DNA of 64,000 nt from an uncultured Candidatus Saccharibacteria bacterium. Lineage in GTDB: Bacteria; Patescibacteriota; Andersenbacteria; UBA10190. How positions within the stretch are numbered: position 1 is the first letter of the stretch; each line of letters opens with the position of its first letter. The stretch covers positions 21,993 through 85,992 of the forward strand of contig CAYHTZ010000003.1 in assembly GCA_964359735.1 (NCBI GenBank), given 5' to 3'. Positions 1 through 9,038 of this stretch are shown here, piece by piece. Position numbers and translations under genes: made by a program. The notes under the pieces were generated by a model. The model made no database searches, was not told where the DNA came from, and saw only the letters and a list, made by a program, of their open reading frames with translations.

Positions 1-225
1 AATGTGGTGCTTTTCCCTGACAGTGGAGCGAGAATTAAGCCGCTCGTAGCTAAGCTCAACGTATTGGAGACACAAAGCATGGAAGCAGGCGTGAAATTCG
101 CGTACCAGCATACCCGGGCGGGAGAGGCTGTCCTTCTCTCTACTGCCTCGCCGAGTTATAGTTTATGGACAAACTTTGAAGAACAAGGCAATGAATTTCA
201 AAAGTACACCCACGCACTCGCCTGA
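1..225 (+). CDS. murD: UDP-N-acetylmuramoylalanine--D-glutamate ligase MurD, C-terminal fragment (gene starts upstream of window)
   Basis: Open frame from window edge; C-terminal '...ASPSYSLWTNFEEQGNEFQ' resembles the MurD C-terminus (SPACASxDQFKNFEERGxxF). Directly upstream of ftsW-murG-murC (dcw order). Confidence 0.55.
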   Translation, partial: NVVLFPDSGARIKPLVAKLNVLETQSMEAGVKFAYQHTRAGEAVLLSTASPSYSLWTNFEEQGNEFQKYTHALA

Positions 226-1306
226 TATTTGGCTACTCCTCACCATCGTGGGCTTGGTGTTCCTTGGATTCATGATGGTGGGGTCGGCTTCAAGCGTGCT
301 CGCTGAGCGCTTTCGGGGAGATGTGTACTTTTTCCTAAAGCACCAAGTGCTCTTCGGCGGCGTGGCGGGAGTAGTTCTCTTTTGCTTAGGATACTTCGTG
401 CCGTACCGCAGCTGGCGACTTTTTGCTTTACCAGCGCTCATTGCTTCCCTAGTGCTCTTAGTGCTCGTATTTGTACCGGGCATCAGCCTACAGTATGGCG
501 GGGCTTCGCGCTGGATAGATATCGGACCGATTACGTTCCAGCCGACCGAACTCACAAAGCTGGCCTTTATTGTTTACTTGGCCGCTTTGCTGGAGCGGAA
601 AGGAGAGGAGATCCGCGACTTTCGCAAAAGTGTACTGCCGTTTGCAGTGATTACAAGTATTTTAACTGTCTTGGTTGCCCTCCAACCCGATTTCGGAACG
701 CTCTTCACTATCACCGCCATTGCGGGGGCGATGGTATTCGTGGCCGGCTTTCGCCTGCGCCACCTCGCACTGCTCATGGCGGGTGCTTTCGCAGTATTCC
801 TGGCCCTGATTACATCCGCGCGCCACGGGATTTCACGCCTCATTACATATCTCCACCCGGAGCTTGACCCGCAAGGAATCGGGTACCAAGTGAATCAGGC
901 GCTCCTAGCGGTGGGCACCGGGGGAATCTGGGGCCTGGGGCTCGGGCGCAGCCGGCAGAAATATCAGTTCTTGCCAGAGCCGGCGGGAGATTCGATATTT
1001 GCCATTATGGCCGAAGAATTGGGGCTGGTGCGTTCAGTGCTGCTGCTCCTGGCATTCGTTTGGATCGGCTGGCGGGGGTACACGATTGCCCGCCTCTCTC
1101 CGGATATGTTCGGGCGGCTCGTCGCAGCCGGCATCACCAGCTGGATTGTTATTCAAGCTTTCGTAAATATCGGGGCGATCTTGGCGATTATGCCGCTCAC
1201 AGGCATCCCTCTTCCCTTTATTAGCTACGGGGGGTCGTCACTCGCGATTTTACTTTTCGCCAGCGGGATTCTCCTGAATGTGAGTAAGTACACGGTGGTA
1301 GAATAA
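176..1306 (+). CDS. ftsW: SEDS family peptidoglycan polymerase FtsW/RodA
   Basis: 376 aa, about 10 TM helices, SEDS-like segments, C-terminal 'MPLTGIPLPFISYGGSSL' motif. Sits between murD and murG as in the dcw cluster. Confidence 0.85.
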   Translation: MKNKAMNFKSTPTHSPDIWLLLTIVGLVFLGFMMVGSASSVLAERFRGDVYFFLKHQVLFGGVAGVVLFCLGYFVPYRSWRLFALPALIASLVLLVLVFVPGISLQYGGASRWIDIGPITFQPTELTKLAFIVYLAALLERKGEEIRDFRKSVLPFAVITSILTVLVALQPDFGTLFTITAIAGAMVFVAGFRLRHLALLMAGAFAVFLALITSARHGISRLITYLHPELDPQGIGYQVNQALLAVGTGGIWGLGLGRSRQKYQFLPEPAGDSIFAIMAEELGLVRSVLLLLAFVWIGWRGYTIARLSPDMFGRLVAAGITSWIVIQAFVNIGAILAIMPLTGIPLPFISYGGSSLAILLFASGILLNVSKYTVVE

Positions 1307-1310
1307 TGGT

Positions 1311-2483
1311 ATGCGAATCGTTTTAACGGGCGGTGGAACGGGCGGACATTTGCTGCCGTTTGAGCCCATTATCGCCAGTTTGCGGATGCAATTCTTAGAA
1401 CAGCAGGCGACTCTGCCCAGTCGGCTTGACCCCGGGCAGCTTGAAATTGTTTTCCTGGGCCCGGTAGATGCGGCTACGCGATCATTTTTCTCCCAGTATG
1501 ATGTGCGAGCAATTCGTATCCCGTCTGGGAAACTGCGGCGCTACGCCTCGGGCCTCACCATTTTCGATTTACTGTGGAGATTACCGCTGGGAGTCGCTCG
1601 CGCGCTCGTCCTGATGTACTTCTTCATGCCTGATGCCGTGATCAGCCTCGGCGGATACGGGAGCGTACCTGGGATGCTGGCCGCAGTCTTCTATCGGATT
1701 CCGATTGTTTTACATGAAATGAATGCGGTGATGGGGCTGGCAAACCGAAGAATGGTTCGGCGAGCCGCGGTGGTAACTTTAGGGTTTGGCACACCTGCCC
1801 AGGTGCTGGGCAAGTATGCGTACAAAGGAGTAGTCACCGGCGACCCCGTACGCGAGGACATCCACCGTTTGACCAAACCGGAAGCGAAGCGCGAATTCCA
1901 CATCGAGGAGGGCGAACACGTGTTGTTGGTCACGGGAGGAAGCCAGGGGGCCAAACAACTCAACGAAGTTCTTCTGCAAATTTTGCCCAGAATCATTCTG
2001 GATACCACCATCATTCACTTAACAGGCAAGGATCACTTCACGGCTGTCTCCACGGTAGCGCAAGAACTCTTGGGGCAATCTTCGCGTAAGGATGCGTATC
2101 TGCCGTTTCCATATCTGACCACGACTATGGCGCATGCCTTAGTGGCCGCTGATTCCATCGTGACCCGGGCGGGTGCTAGTACTCTCTCGGAAATTGCCGC
2201 GCTCAAAACCCCAGCCCTGCTCATTCCTTTGGATAGTGCGGCGCACGATCACCAGCGTGCGAATGCCCAGGTGTTTGAGTCGGCCGGGGCAGCGCTCGTG
2301 CTAGACCCGGCAAATCTCACCCAGAATTTGTTCGAGAATAATGTACGGAGACTCGTCCTTGACGAGGAGGCACGGGAGCACATGGTGAGTAACCTAGCCG
2401 CAATAGACTATCCATCCGCCGCGCGGCAGATCGTGCAGATCGTACTCCAAGTTGCCAGTGGGTTCGCCCCGACAAAACCATGA
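1311..2483 (+). CDS. murG: Undecaprenyldiphospho-muramoylpentapeptide beta-N-acetylglucosaminyltransferase MurG
   Basis: N-terminal 'VLTGGGTGGHLLP' G-loop typical of MurG. 390 aa. Synteny ftsW-murG-murC. Confidence 0.9.
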   Translation: MRIVLTGGGTGGHLLPFEPIIASLRMQFLEQQATLPSRLDPGQLEIVFLGPVDAATRSFFSQYDVRAIRIPSGKLRRYASGLTIFDLLWRLPLGVARALVLMYFFMPDAVISLGGYGSVPGMLAAVFYRIPIVLHEMNAVMGLANRRMVRRAAVVTLGFGTPAQVLGKYAYKGVVTGDPVREDIHRLTKPEAKREFHIEEGEHVLLVTGGSQGAKQLNEVLLQILPRIILDTTIIHLTGKDHFTAVSTVAQELLGQSSRKDAYLPFPYLTTTMAHALVAADSIVTRAGASTLSEIAALKTPALLIPLDSAAHDHQRANAQVFESAGAALVLDPANLTQNLFENNVRRLVLDEEAREHMVSNLAAIDYPSAARQIVQIVLQVASGFAPTKP

Positions 2484-3718
2484 CGCTAGAAGCGGCTAAA
2501 ACAATCTTTATGCTCGGCATTGGAGGGACCGGCATGCGAGGGCTGGCGCGCCTTCTCTCTGCCCACGGGAAAACAGTGGTGGGCTCAGACCAGCAATACG
2601 ACGTGATTAAGAATTGGCCAGATCTCAAAGAGTACGACATTGTGCCTGAAGGAGAAGGCGAACGCTTGCTGAAAAAGGCGGACCTCCTGGTGCACACCGA
2701 CGCGGCCGAAAAAGATCACCCACTGATTAAGGCAGCCCAGCGGGAGAATATTCCCGTCCTGGCGTATCAAGAAGCACTGGGGGACTTTTCCCGCTCACTG
2801 ACAACAGTGGCGGTCACAGGCACTCACGGGAAGTCTTCCACGACGGCTTTTCTGGCTCACATTTTAATTGAGGCAGGAGCCGACCCCAATGTGCTCGTGG
2901 GGGCCCCTATGCCGGCGTGGGGTGGGAGTTCGAGAGTGGGGAAGAGCGATCTGTTTATTGTGGAGGCAGATGAATATAGGGAACACTTTCTGACATTCTC
3001 GCCGGCCCATGCCATCATTGTTTCTGTTGATTTCGACCACCCCGACTACTTCAAATCTCTGGAAGACGTGCAAGCGGCCTATGCGCGATTTAAGGCGCGC
3101 ATCGCGTCCGGAGGCGTTGTACTCACGACGGCGGATGTTCAGCATGAAATTGATGATGTGCCCTCTCCTTTGCCTGGGAGACACATGCAGCACAATGCCG
3201 CACTCGCGGTCAAGATGGCAGAGGTGTTGGGAGTGCCCCGCGAACAGGCAGTCGCAGCCCTCAAAACATTTCCGGGGATAGGTAGAAGATTCGAAAGGTT
3301 GGACAAGATTGGGAAGATGGATCTCTTCACAGACTATGGCCACCACCCTGCCGAGATTAAAGCCACCTTCCTGGCCACTCGAGGAAAGTTTGCCGGCCAG
3401 CGCATACTGACGCTGTTCGAAGCTCATACGTTAGAGCGCTTAAAAACTTTTTTTGACGGATACGTGGAAGCCTTATCAGGGGCAGATGGGGTACTCTTGG
3501 TACCAGTGTTTATACCGGCCGGGCGGGAGCACGAATCAGCGGAGGCAAGAGAGTGGCTCCAGAAATTAGAACGAAAACTTCCGGGTATTGTATGGCGTAT
3601 TGACGATTGGAAGGAGCTCCCAGCTCAACTTACGCAACTCTCGGATGAGTTTGACGTGGCCATTGCGTTCACCGCTGGACTCCTAGACGCAAAGTTGAGG
3701 ACTCTTTCCTTTACTTAA
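2480..3718 (+). CDS. murC: UDP-N-acetylmuramate--L-alanine ligase MurC (Mur ligase family)
   Basis: '[16 protein letters not shown]' MurC N-terminal Rossmann motif. '[12 protein letters not shown]' Mur-ligase P-loop. ATGA start/stop overlap with murG. Confidence 0.8.
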   Translation: MTLEAAKTIFMLGIGGTGMRGLARLLSAHGKTVVGSDQQYDVIKNWPDLKEYDIVPEGEGERLLKKADLLVHTDAAEKDHPLIKAAQRENIPVLAYQEALGDFSRSLTTVAVTGTHGKSSTTAFLAHILIEAGADPNVLVGAPMPAWGGSSRVGKSDLFIVEADEYREHFLTFSPAHAIIVSVDFDHPDYFKSLEDVQAAYARFKARIASGGVVLTTADVQHEIDDVPSPLPGRHMQHNAALAVKMAEVLGVPREQAVAALKTFPGIGRRFERLDKIGKMDLFTDYGHHPAEIKATFLATRGKFAGQRILTLFEAHTLERLKTFFDGYVEALSGADGVLLVPVFIPAGREHESAEAREWLQKLERKLPGIVWRIDDWKELPAQLTQLSDEFDVAIAFTAGLLDAKLRTLSFT

Positions 3719-3731
3719 TAATATCTATGTA

Positions 3732-3759
3732 CCTCTCCATAGATCGATCTATGGAGAGG
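3732..3759. promoter_or_regulatory. 28-bp perfect palindrome CCTCTCCATAGATCGATCTATGGAGAGG (copy 1 of 3), candidate operator
   Basis: Read directly: perfect reverse-complement symmetry. Lies in the 61-nt gap between murC stop (3718) and the PEP-utilising domain gene (start 3780/3804). The same core recurs at 28416-28441 and 28890-28909 flanking a TrpR/YerC-like regulator gene. Confidence 0.5.
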
Positions 3760-3779
3760 TTGCCCGAAGAGGGCTTTCG

Positions 3780-4835
3780 TTGCATAGTCAGCTAGAGCTC
3801 GTAATGATCAAACTTTCGAAAGTATTCACACGTGAACGCTCACTGTTTTACATGCGCATGTGGAATGACAGCGATCGCATGGGCTTTTCCCGCTGGTTGA
3901 GTACTGATGTTCAGAACAATATGTTTTGGCGAGAGGGGAACATTAACAAGATTTCAGTTTGGTATGACCGAGAGGAATACGACCGGCTAGGAGAGCTAAC
4001 GGCCGAAAAACTCCACGTTGATTCAAAGTTATTTGAAAAAATGGTTCGTGTTTTTCACGATCTCTGGCGCCCGATAGCCCCATATGTGCAAAACGGTAAG
4101 CTCATAACATCTGCCGACGAGCTGGAAAAGTTCTACCAAGATGTGGTTGCGTGGTGGTCGGTGATGGCATTGATGTTTCTTATCCCTAATGTGCCAAGAA
4201 TCCCGAGGAAGCAACGTGAGGCGGCGCTGGCACTGCGCGAGAAGGTAGAACTTTTTTCAGATGCAATGGATCACCTCATGGTGCGCTATGTGGTAGAAGA
4301 ACTACCTCAATATAAAGAATTGGCGTGGGTTATGATGCCAGAAGAAGCTATCAAACTTGGTCGCGATGAGCTCTCTCAGTATGAGCTGGATAAGATCCGT
4401 GGGCGACTCCATGGATTCGCTCTCTTAAATGAAAAGATTTGCAGCAGGCAGGAATTGCCAGGCGCTTTAGCGAAGCAGGGAATACAGTTGGAGCAAGAAC
4501 ATACCACGGCGGGGCTGCATGAAATCAGTGGGACGCCGGCCAGCGCAGGAATCGCGCGAGGCAGGGTGCGCCAAATTTTGCTCAAGGAACAGATACACGA
4601 GCTCCAGAAGGGGGAGATCCTGGTGACAGAAATGACTAATCCTAATTACGTACCAGCCATGAAGAAGGCGTCGGCAATTGTCACTGATGAGGGAGGTATC
4701 ACCTGCCATGCGGCTATTGTCAGCCGGGAGCTGGGCAAGCCGTGCGTCATTGGCACTAAAATTGCAACGCGTGTCCTAAAAAACGGCGATGAAGTTGAGG
4801 TAGATGCAGACAAGGGAACAGTGAAGCTGCTTTGA
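3780..4835 (+). CDS. PEP-utilising enzyme mobile (His-swivel) domain protein, no PEP/pyruvate-binding barrel; N-terminal domain of unclear function
   Basis: C-terminus '[50 protein letters not shown]' is the phosphohistidine swivel domain of PEP synthase/PPDK/rifampin phosphotransferase-type enzymes. Start ambiguous: TTG 3780 or ATG 3804. Paralogue at 21879-23297. Confidence 0.7.
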   Translation: MHSQLELVMIKLSKVFTRERSLFYMRMWNDSDRMGFSRWLSTDVQNNMFWREGNINKISVWYDREEYDRLGELTAEKLHVDSKLFEKMVRVFHDLWRPIAPYVQNGKLITSADELEKFYQDVVAWWSVMALMFLIPNVPRIPRKQREAALALREKVELFSDAMDHLMVRYVVEELPQYKELAWVMMPEEAIKLGRDELSQYELDKIRGRLHGFALLNEKICSRQELPGALAKQGIQLEQEHTTAGLHEISGTPASAGIARGRVRQILLKEQIHELQKGEILVTEMTNPNYVPAMKKASAIVTDEGGITCHAAIVSRELGKPCVIGTKIATRVLKNGDEVEVDADKGTVKLL

Positions 4836-4918
4836 CAAGAGATCGTCTGGCTTTAGGAACGGCTCTGGACAAATAGCCAGCAGTTTTGGTATTGTGTTTC
4901 GTTACAAGAACGTTAGTA

Positions 4919-4947
4919 TTGACGAAATGTCAAAAATACTTAATACT
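4919..4947 (+). promoter_or_regulatory. Candidate sigma70-type promoter (TTGACG, 17-nt spacer, AATACT) with an inverted repeat TTGACgaaatGTCAA overlapping the -35
   Basis: Sequence only. Located 9 nt upstream of the ATG at 4956 in a 120-nt non-coding gap. Confidence 0.3.
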
Positions 4948-4955
4948 CAACCGTT

Positions 4956-5972
4956 ATGGAGCACAGTGTAAATATCAACGACCTCACGGAGAAGCTGTTA
5001 AACAGCCTGGATGCCCGTTCCCGGGACATCGTTATTCGTAGATTTGGGCTTAAATCAGGCCAAGCGGAGACCCTGGAAAGCATCGGTAAGGAGTATGGAA
5101 TTACCCGTGAGAGGGTGCGCCAGATTGAGTCTTACACCAAAAAGACCCTGGCAACTTTACGGGAGCAAATAACCCCTCTGGTAGACTTGCTGGAAAAGAC
5201 CTTTGCGGAACACGGGGGGGTTATGGCCGAACCGCATGTCGTAGAGGTGATAGGCGCCGAACCCCAGGTTGTCCGTTTTTACCTGAATGTCTTGCCGGAA
5301 TACATATATGTCACTCACAAAGAGCTTTTCCACCCGCATTGGCGGCATGAACGGCGAGCAGGAGATGACGCCGATAAAATTGTGGAATGCGCTTGCGAAA
5401 TACTCGTTAAGAAGCAGCTGCCCCTTGAGGAGAGCGAGCTGATTGAAAGCGTAAAGGTACGGCTCGCAGGAGAGGGTGGCGCCTTACCTTCGCCTCACAT
5501 TATTGCGGCTTTTGTCGCCAGCAAACCGTTGGAGCGAACTGTGTTTCAGCAGTGGGGGCTAGCCGAGTGGCCGGAGGTGTCCCCCCGCGGAGTAGGTGAT
5601 AAGGCATACGCGGTGCTGCGTCGGCATGGGAAGCCCGCCCACTTCCGTGAAATCGCGAGCATGATTTCCGAGGCTAAATTTGATACGAAGGCAGCTAACC
5701 CCCAAACCGTGCACAATGAGTTGATTAAAGACGACCGCTTTGTACTGGTGGGGCGGGGGCTCTACGGGTTGAAAGAATGGGGATATGTGCCGGGCACCGT
5801 GGCGGATGTTTTAGAGGCAATCCTGCGCCGTGCCAAGGTTCCCATGACGCGCGAGGAGCTCACCGCCGAAGTGTTGAAACAAAGGATTGTTAAAAAGAAT
5901 ACCATTTTACTCGGCCTTCAGAACCACAAGCGGTTCGTGAGAACAGCTGATCAGCGGTACACATTGCGATGA
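4956..5972 (+). CDS. Sigma-70 region-4-like HTH + C-terminal HARE-HTH domain DNA-binding protein
   Basis: N-terminus 'ETLESIGKEYGITRERVRQIESYTKKTL' matches the sigma-70 region 4.2 signature (xTLEEVGxxFGVTRERIRQIEAKAL). C-terminal 'FVLVGRGLYGLKEWGY' matches the HARE-HTH signature seen in RpoE-delta N-terminal domains. Combination called from motifs only. Confidence 0.65.
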   Translation: MEHSVNINDLTEKLLNSLDARSRDIVIRRFGLKSGQAETLESIGKEYGITRERVRQIESYTKKTLATLREQITPLVDLLEKTFAEHGGVMAEPHVVEVIGAEPQVVRFYLNVLPEYIYVTHKELFHPHWRHERRAGDDADKIVECACEILVKKQLPLEESELIESVKVRLAGEGGALPSPHIIAAFVASKPLERTVFQQWGLAEWPEVSPRGVGDKAYAVLRRHGKPAHFREIASMISEAKFDTKAANPQTVHNELIKDDRFVLVGRGLYGLKEWGYVPGTVADVLEAILRRAKVPMTREELTAEVLKQRIVKKNTILLGLQNHKRFVRTADQRYTLR

Positions 5973-5988
5973 GGAGTAGCGAGAAGCA

Positions 5989-7332
5989 TTGTATACTGGA
6001 ATAATGCTTCTCGTCTCTCAAGGACTTAGCAGCAGCGCACCAAGTACGCTGCTCGTGCCGGAGTTCCTGGATATGGTGGTGACATTGGCGCCAGTGCTCT
6101 TAGGGTTGGCCTGGCTTCTGATAACATTTTTTGCCTTGTGGTTTGCGCGAGAACTGTATGGCTTTATCATTGCCGTGCCCATATATTTGGGGACGATAAA
6201 ATATACTATTCTGCAGGTAGTTTTGCCCGAGGATGCAGAGGAGACGCCGAAGTCGATGGAGGATGCGATCTCACACTGGGGCGGGATACACTACAATCCT
6301 GATGTGAAGGAGAGGTACTTTGATGGCTTTGTGGATTGGTGGTACAGCCTTGAGGTGCAATGCACTCCCGAGAAGGTGCGTTACTTTCTCTTTATCCCCA
6401 CTATATTCCGGCCTTTCTTTGAAGGCGTCATCTACGGCCAGTACCCCGAAGCAGAAATTCAAGAAGCCGAGGACTACACGCTGAACTATGATTACAGAAG
6501 AGTCCGGCAGGACTTCGAAGTGTACGGCACCGATATGATTTTGTCGCTGGACGATGTGTACCCGATTCGCTCGTATACTCAATACGGCGACCCCTTGTCT
6601 CCTACGGAAACATTCATTGATCCGCACCAATCCATGATTGAGGCTTACTCAAATGTTAACCCGGGCGAGGAATACTGGTTCCAAGTAATTGTTTGGCCGG
6701 CGAGTCCGGCTAAGAAAAAATCTTGGGTGGCGAAGGGGGAAAAAGAAATTGCTCAGATTACCGGGCGGGCAAAGGAGGCCGGCCCCGGCTTCTTTAAACA
6801 ACTGAGAAAGTTTTTTACGCGCATCCCTCAGGAGGTTGTGAACGTGCTGCGCGGCCGGCACGCCTCCGCCGGGGAGGAAGGAGAAGAGCAACTCGATGTC
6901 CACTTCTTCGATCCCGTGGAAACCATAAAAATGGAATCGATTTTGCGGAAAATTTCTCGAGATGTGTACCGCTGCATGGTGCGCCTGATATACATTGCGC
7001 CCAAGGGGAAGCTGCATAAGCCTAACATCGGCCGCGCCATTGGCCCTTTCAAGCAGTTTTGGGGCGCGAACGCATTTAGGCCTGATCCAAAAACAAAGTC
7101 GAATGGGGTGGATTACATCATGAAGGAGCGGCGCCGGCTTTACCGTGAACGCACTATCTTGGCCGAGTACCAGTGGCGGGACCCTTTGGGCATGGGACGC
7201 GGACCATATATGCTGACGGCGGAGGAAGTAGCCACGGTGTACCATTTCCCCACCAAATGGATACAGGCGCCTGTTTTAGAGCGCGCGAAAGCGGGAACCT
7301 ACTCGGCACCGGAGGAGGTACCGTATGTCTGA
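5989..7332 (+). CDS. Membrane protein (2-3 N-terminal TM helices + large soluble domain), partner of the downstream T4CP-like ATPase
   Basis: Hydrophobic N-terminus 'VVTLAPVLLGLAWLLITFFALWFA...IIAVPIYLG', then 360-aa hydrophilic domain. Stop overlaps the start of the next gene (ATGTCTGA), indicating translational coupling. Confidence 0.55.
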   Translation: MYTGIMLLVSQGLSSSAPSTLLVPEFLDMVVTLAPVLLGLAWLLITFFALWFARELYGFIIAVPIYLGTIKYTILQVVLPEDAEETPKSMEDAISHWGGIHYNPDVKERYFDGFVDWWYSLEVQCTPEKVRYFLFIPTIFRPFFEGVIYGQYPEAEIQEAEDYTLNYDYRRVRQDFEVYGTDMILSLDDVYPIRSYTQYGDPLSPTETFIDPHQSMIEAYSNVNPGEEYWFQVIVWPASPAKKKSWVAKGEKEIAQITGRAKEAGPGFFKQLRKFFTRIPQEVVNVLRGRHASAGEEGEEQLDVHFFDPVETIKMESILRKISRDVYRCMVRLIYIAPKGKLHKPNIGRAIGPFKQFWGANAFRPDPKTKSNGVDYIMKERRRLYRERTILAEYQWRDPLGMGRGPYMLTAEEVATVYHFPTKWIQAPVLERAKAGTYSAPEEVPYV

Positions 7333-9019
7333 AACACCTAAGATCCAAGAAATAACCGTGTTGGGGCAGACGAACTTCCGCGGGCAGGCGCGGGTGTTCG
7401 GCATCTACGAAGAAGACCGGCGGGGCCATGTCTATGTGTTGGGAAAGACAGGCATGGGAAAGACCACGCTGCTGCGGAATATGCTGGTGCAAGATATCCA
7501 AGGCGGCAAGGCGGTGGCACTCGTTGACCCGCATGGAGACCTAGCTAGTGAGCTGCTGGCTGCCGTGCCCTCGCGCCGATTGAACGATGTCATCTACTTC
7601 GACCCATCGGACGTGGCGTACCCCGTTGGCTTCAATGTGTTAGAAACTCCCAAGCCGGAGTATAAGTATCTCGTAGCCAGCGGCCTCATTGGCACGCTTA
7701 AGAAAATTTGGGCGGATTCGTGGGGGCCGCGGTTAGAATACATCTTGAGGAATACCATTTTAGCACTGCTTGATTACCCCGGCGCTACTATGCTCGGGAT
7801 ATCTCGTATGCTCACTGACAAAAAATACCGCGAACGGGTAGTGCGCAAAATTCAAGACCCGGTGGTGAGATCATTTTGGGTAAATGAGTTTGCTAACTAC
7901 AACGAGCGTTTTGCTAACGAAGCTATCTCTCCCATCCAGAACAAGGTAGGGCAATTTCTCTCCAGCGCCGTGATCCGCAATATTGTCTCGCAGCCGAAAA
8001 GTACCATTGACATCCATGACATTATGGACAACGGTAAGGTCTTGATTATGAATTTGTCGAAGGGGAAGATCGGGGAAGACAACTCGGCGCTCTTGGGAGC
8101 CATGATGATCACTCGCATCCAGCTGGCTGCCATGGACCGGGCGTATGTGCCGGAGAGCGAGCGGACAGATTTCTTTCTCTACGTGGATGAATTTCAAAAC
8201 TTCGCGACGGAATCGTTCGCCGGTATTCTTTCCGAGGCGCGCAAATACCGCCTGAATCTGGTGATTGCCCATCAATACATCACCCAGATGGAAGAACCTG
8301 TGCGCGATGCTGTCTTTGGAAACGTGGGCACCATCGTAGCCTATCGAGTGGGCGCCTTTGATGCCGAGTATTTGGAGAAGGAATTTGCACCATACTTTGT
8401 TCAATCGGACTTGGTAAACCTGGACCGATACTCAGCCTACATCCGCCTAATGATCCATGGCGTTACCAGCAAGCCATTCAGCATGAAGAACATTCCGCCG
8501 ACGCCGCAGTCGGAAGGAAATGCGGAGACGGTGCTCCGCGTCTCGCGCGAACGTTATGCCCGGCCGCGCGATATCGTGGAGGATAAAATCCTGCGGTGGA
8601 GCAGCAACACTGAGCCGAAACCGGTAAAGCGCACCCCCACGGCAGCCCCCCTTGCTCAAAAGCCCGTGCCGACGCAGCCCGCCCAGCCAGCCGCGCCGGC
8701 AAAACTTACTAAGGCTGTGCCGGCACCATTCCCGGCGATGTTCCAAACGCCGGTGGGAATGGCCGAGAGCGAGCCGCCAGAACCGGGGCCACTGATCACT
8801 GACCTCGCGAGCACACTCGCCGAAGAAGACCGCAAGCGCGGGCAGCAAAAAACTCAAGACCGAATTGGCAAGAAAATGTATGACACGTTGTGCGACCGCT
8901 GCGGGAAGGCGACGCAAGTACCTTTTCAGCCCACTCCGGGGAGGCCAGTGTATTGCCCAGAGTGCTTTGCGATTGTGAAAGCCGGGATTGAAGACCAGGA
9001 TTCGTCGATGCAGGGCTAA
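7325..9019 (+). CDS. VirD4/TraG/TraD-like (type IV coupling protein-like) P-loop ATPase with C-terminal zinc ribbon
   Basis: Walker A 'VLGKTGMGKTTLL'. Walker B-like 'LYVDEFQNFA' followed by 'LNLVIAHQYITQM' (the T4CP/FtsK-HerA clade pattern LDEF...Q...Q). P/A/Q-rich linker. C-terminal 'CDRCGK...YCPEC' CxxC-x17-CxxC. Confidence 0.65.
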   Translation: MSETPKIQEITVLGQTNFRGQARVFGIYEEDRRGHVYVLGKTGMGKTTLLRNMLVQDIQGGKAVALVDPHGDLASELLAAVPSRRLNDVIYFDPSDVAYPVGFNVLETPKPEYKYLVASGLIGTLKKIWADSWGPRLEYILRNTILALLDYPGATMLGISRMLTDKKYRERVVRKIQDPVVRSFWVNEFANYNERFANEAISPIQNKVGQFLSSAVIRNIVSQPKSTIDIHDIMDNGKVLIMNLSKGKIGEDNSALLGAMMITRIQLAAMDRAYVPESERTDFFLYVDEFQNFATESFAGILSEARKYRLNLVIAHQYITQMEEPVRDAVFGNVGTIVAYRVGAFDAEYLEKEFAPYFVQSDLVNLDRYSAYIRLMIHGVTSKPFSMKNIPPTPQSEGNAETVLRVSRERYARPRDIVEDKILRWSSNTEPKPVKRTPTAAPLAQKPVPTQPAQPAAPAKLTKAVPAPFPAMFQTPVGMAESEPPEPGPLITDLASTLAEEDRKRGQQKTQDRIGKKMYDTLCDRCGKATQVPFQPTPGRPVYCPECFAIVKAGIEDQDSSMQG

Positions 9020-9038
9020 ATGTGGTATAGTCAAGAGG

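Noticed and set aside
382-867. Alternative-frame ORF (161 aa) inside ftsW and similar internal ORFs inside secA, hppA, proS
   Set aside because: Frame-shifted shadows of strongly supported genes. No independent evidence.
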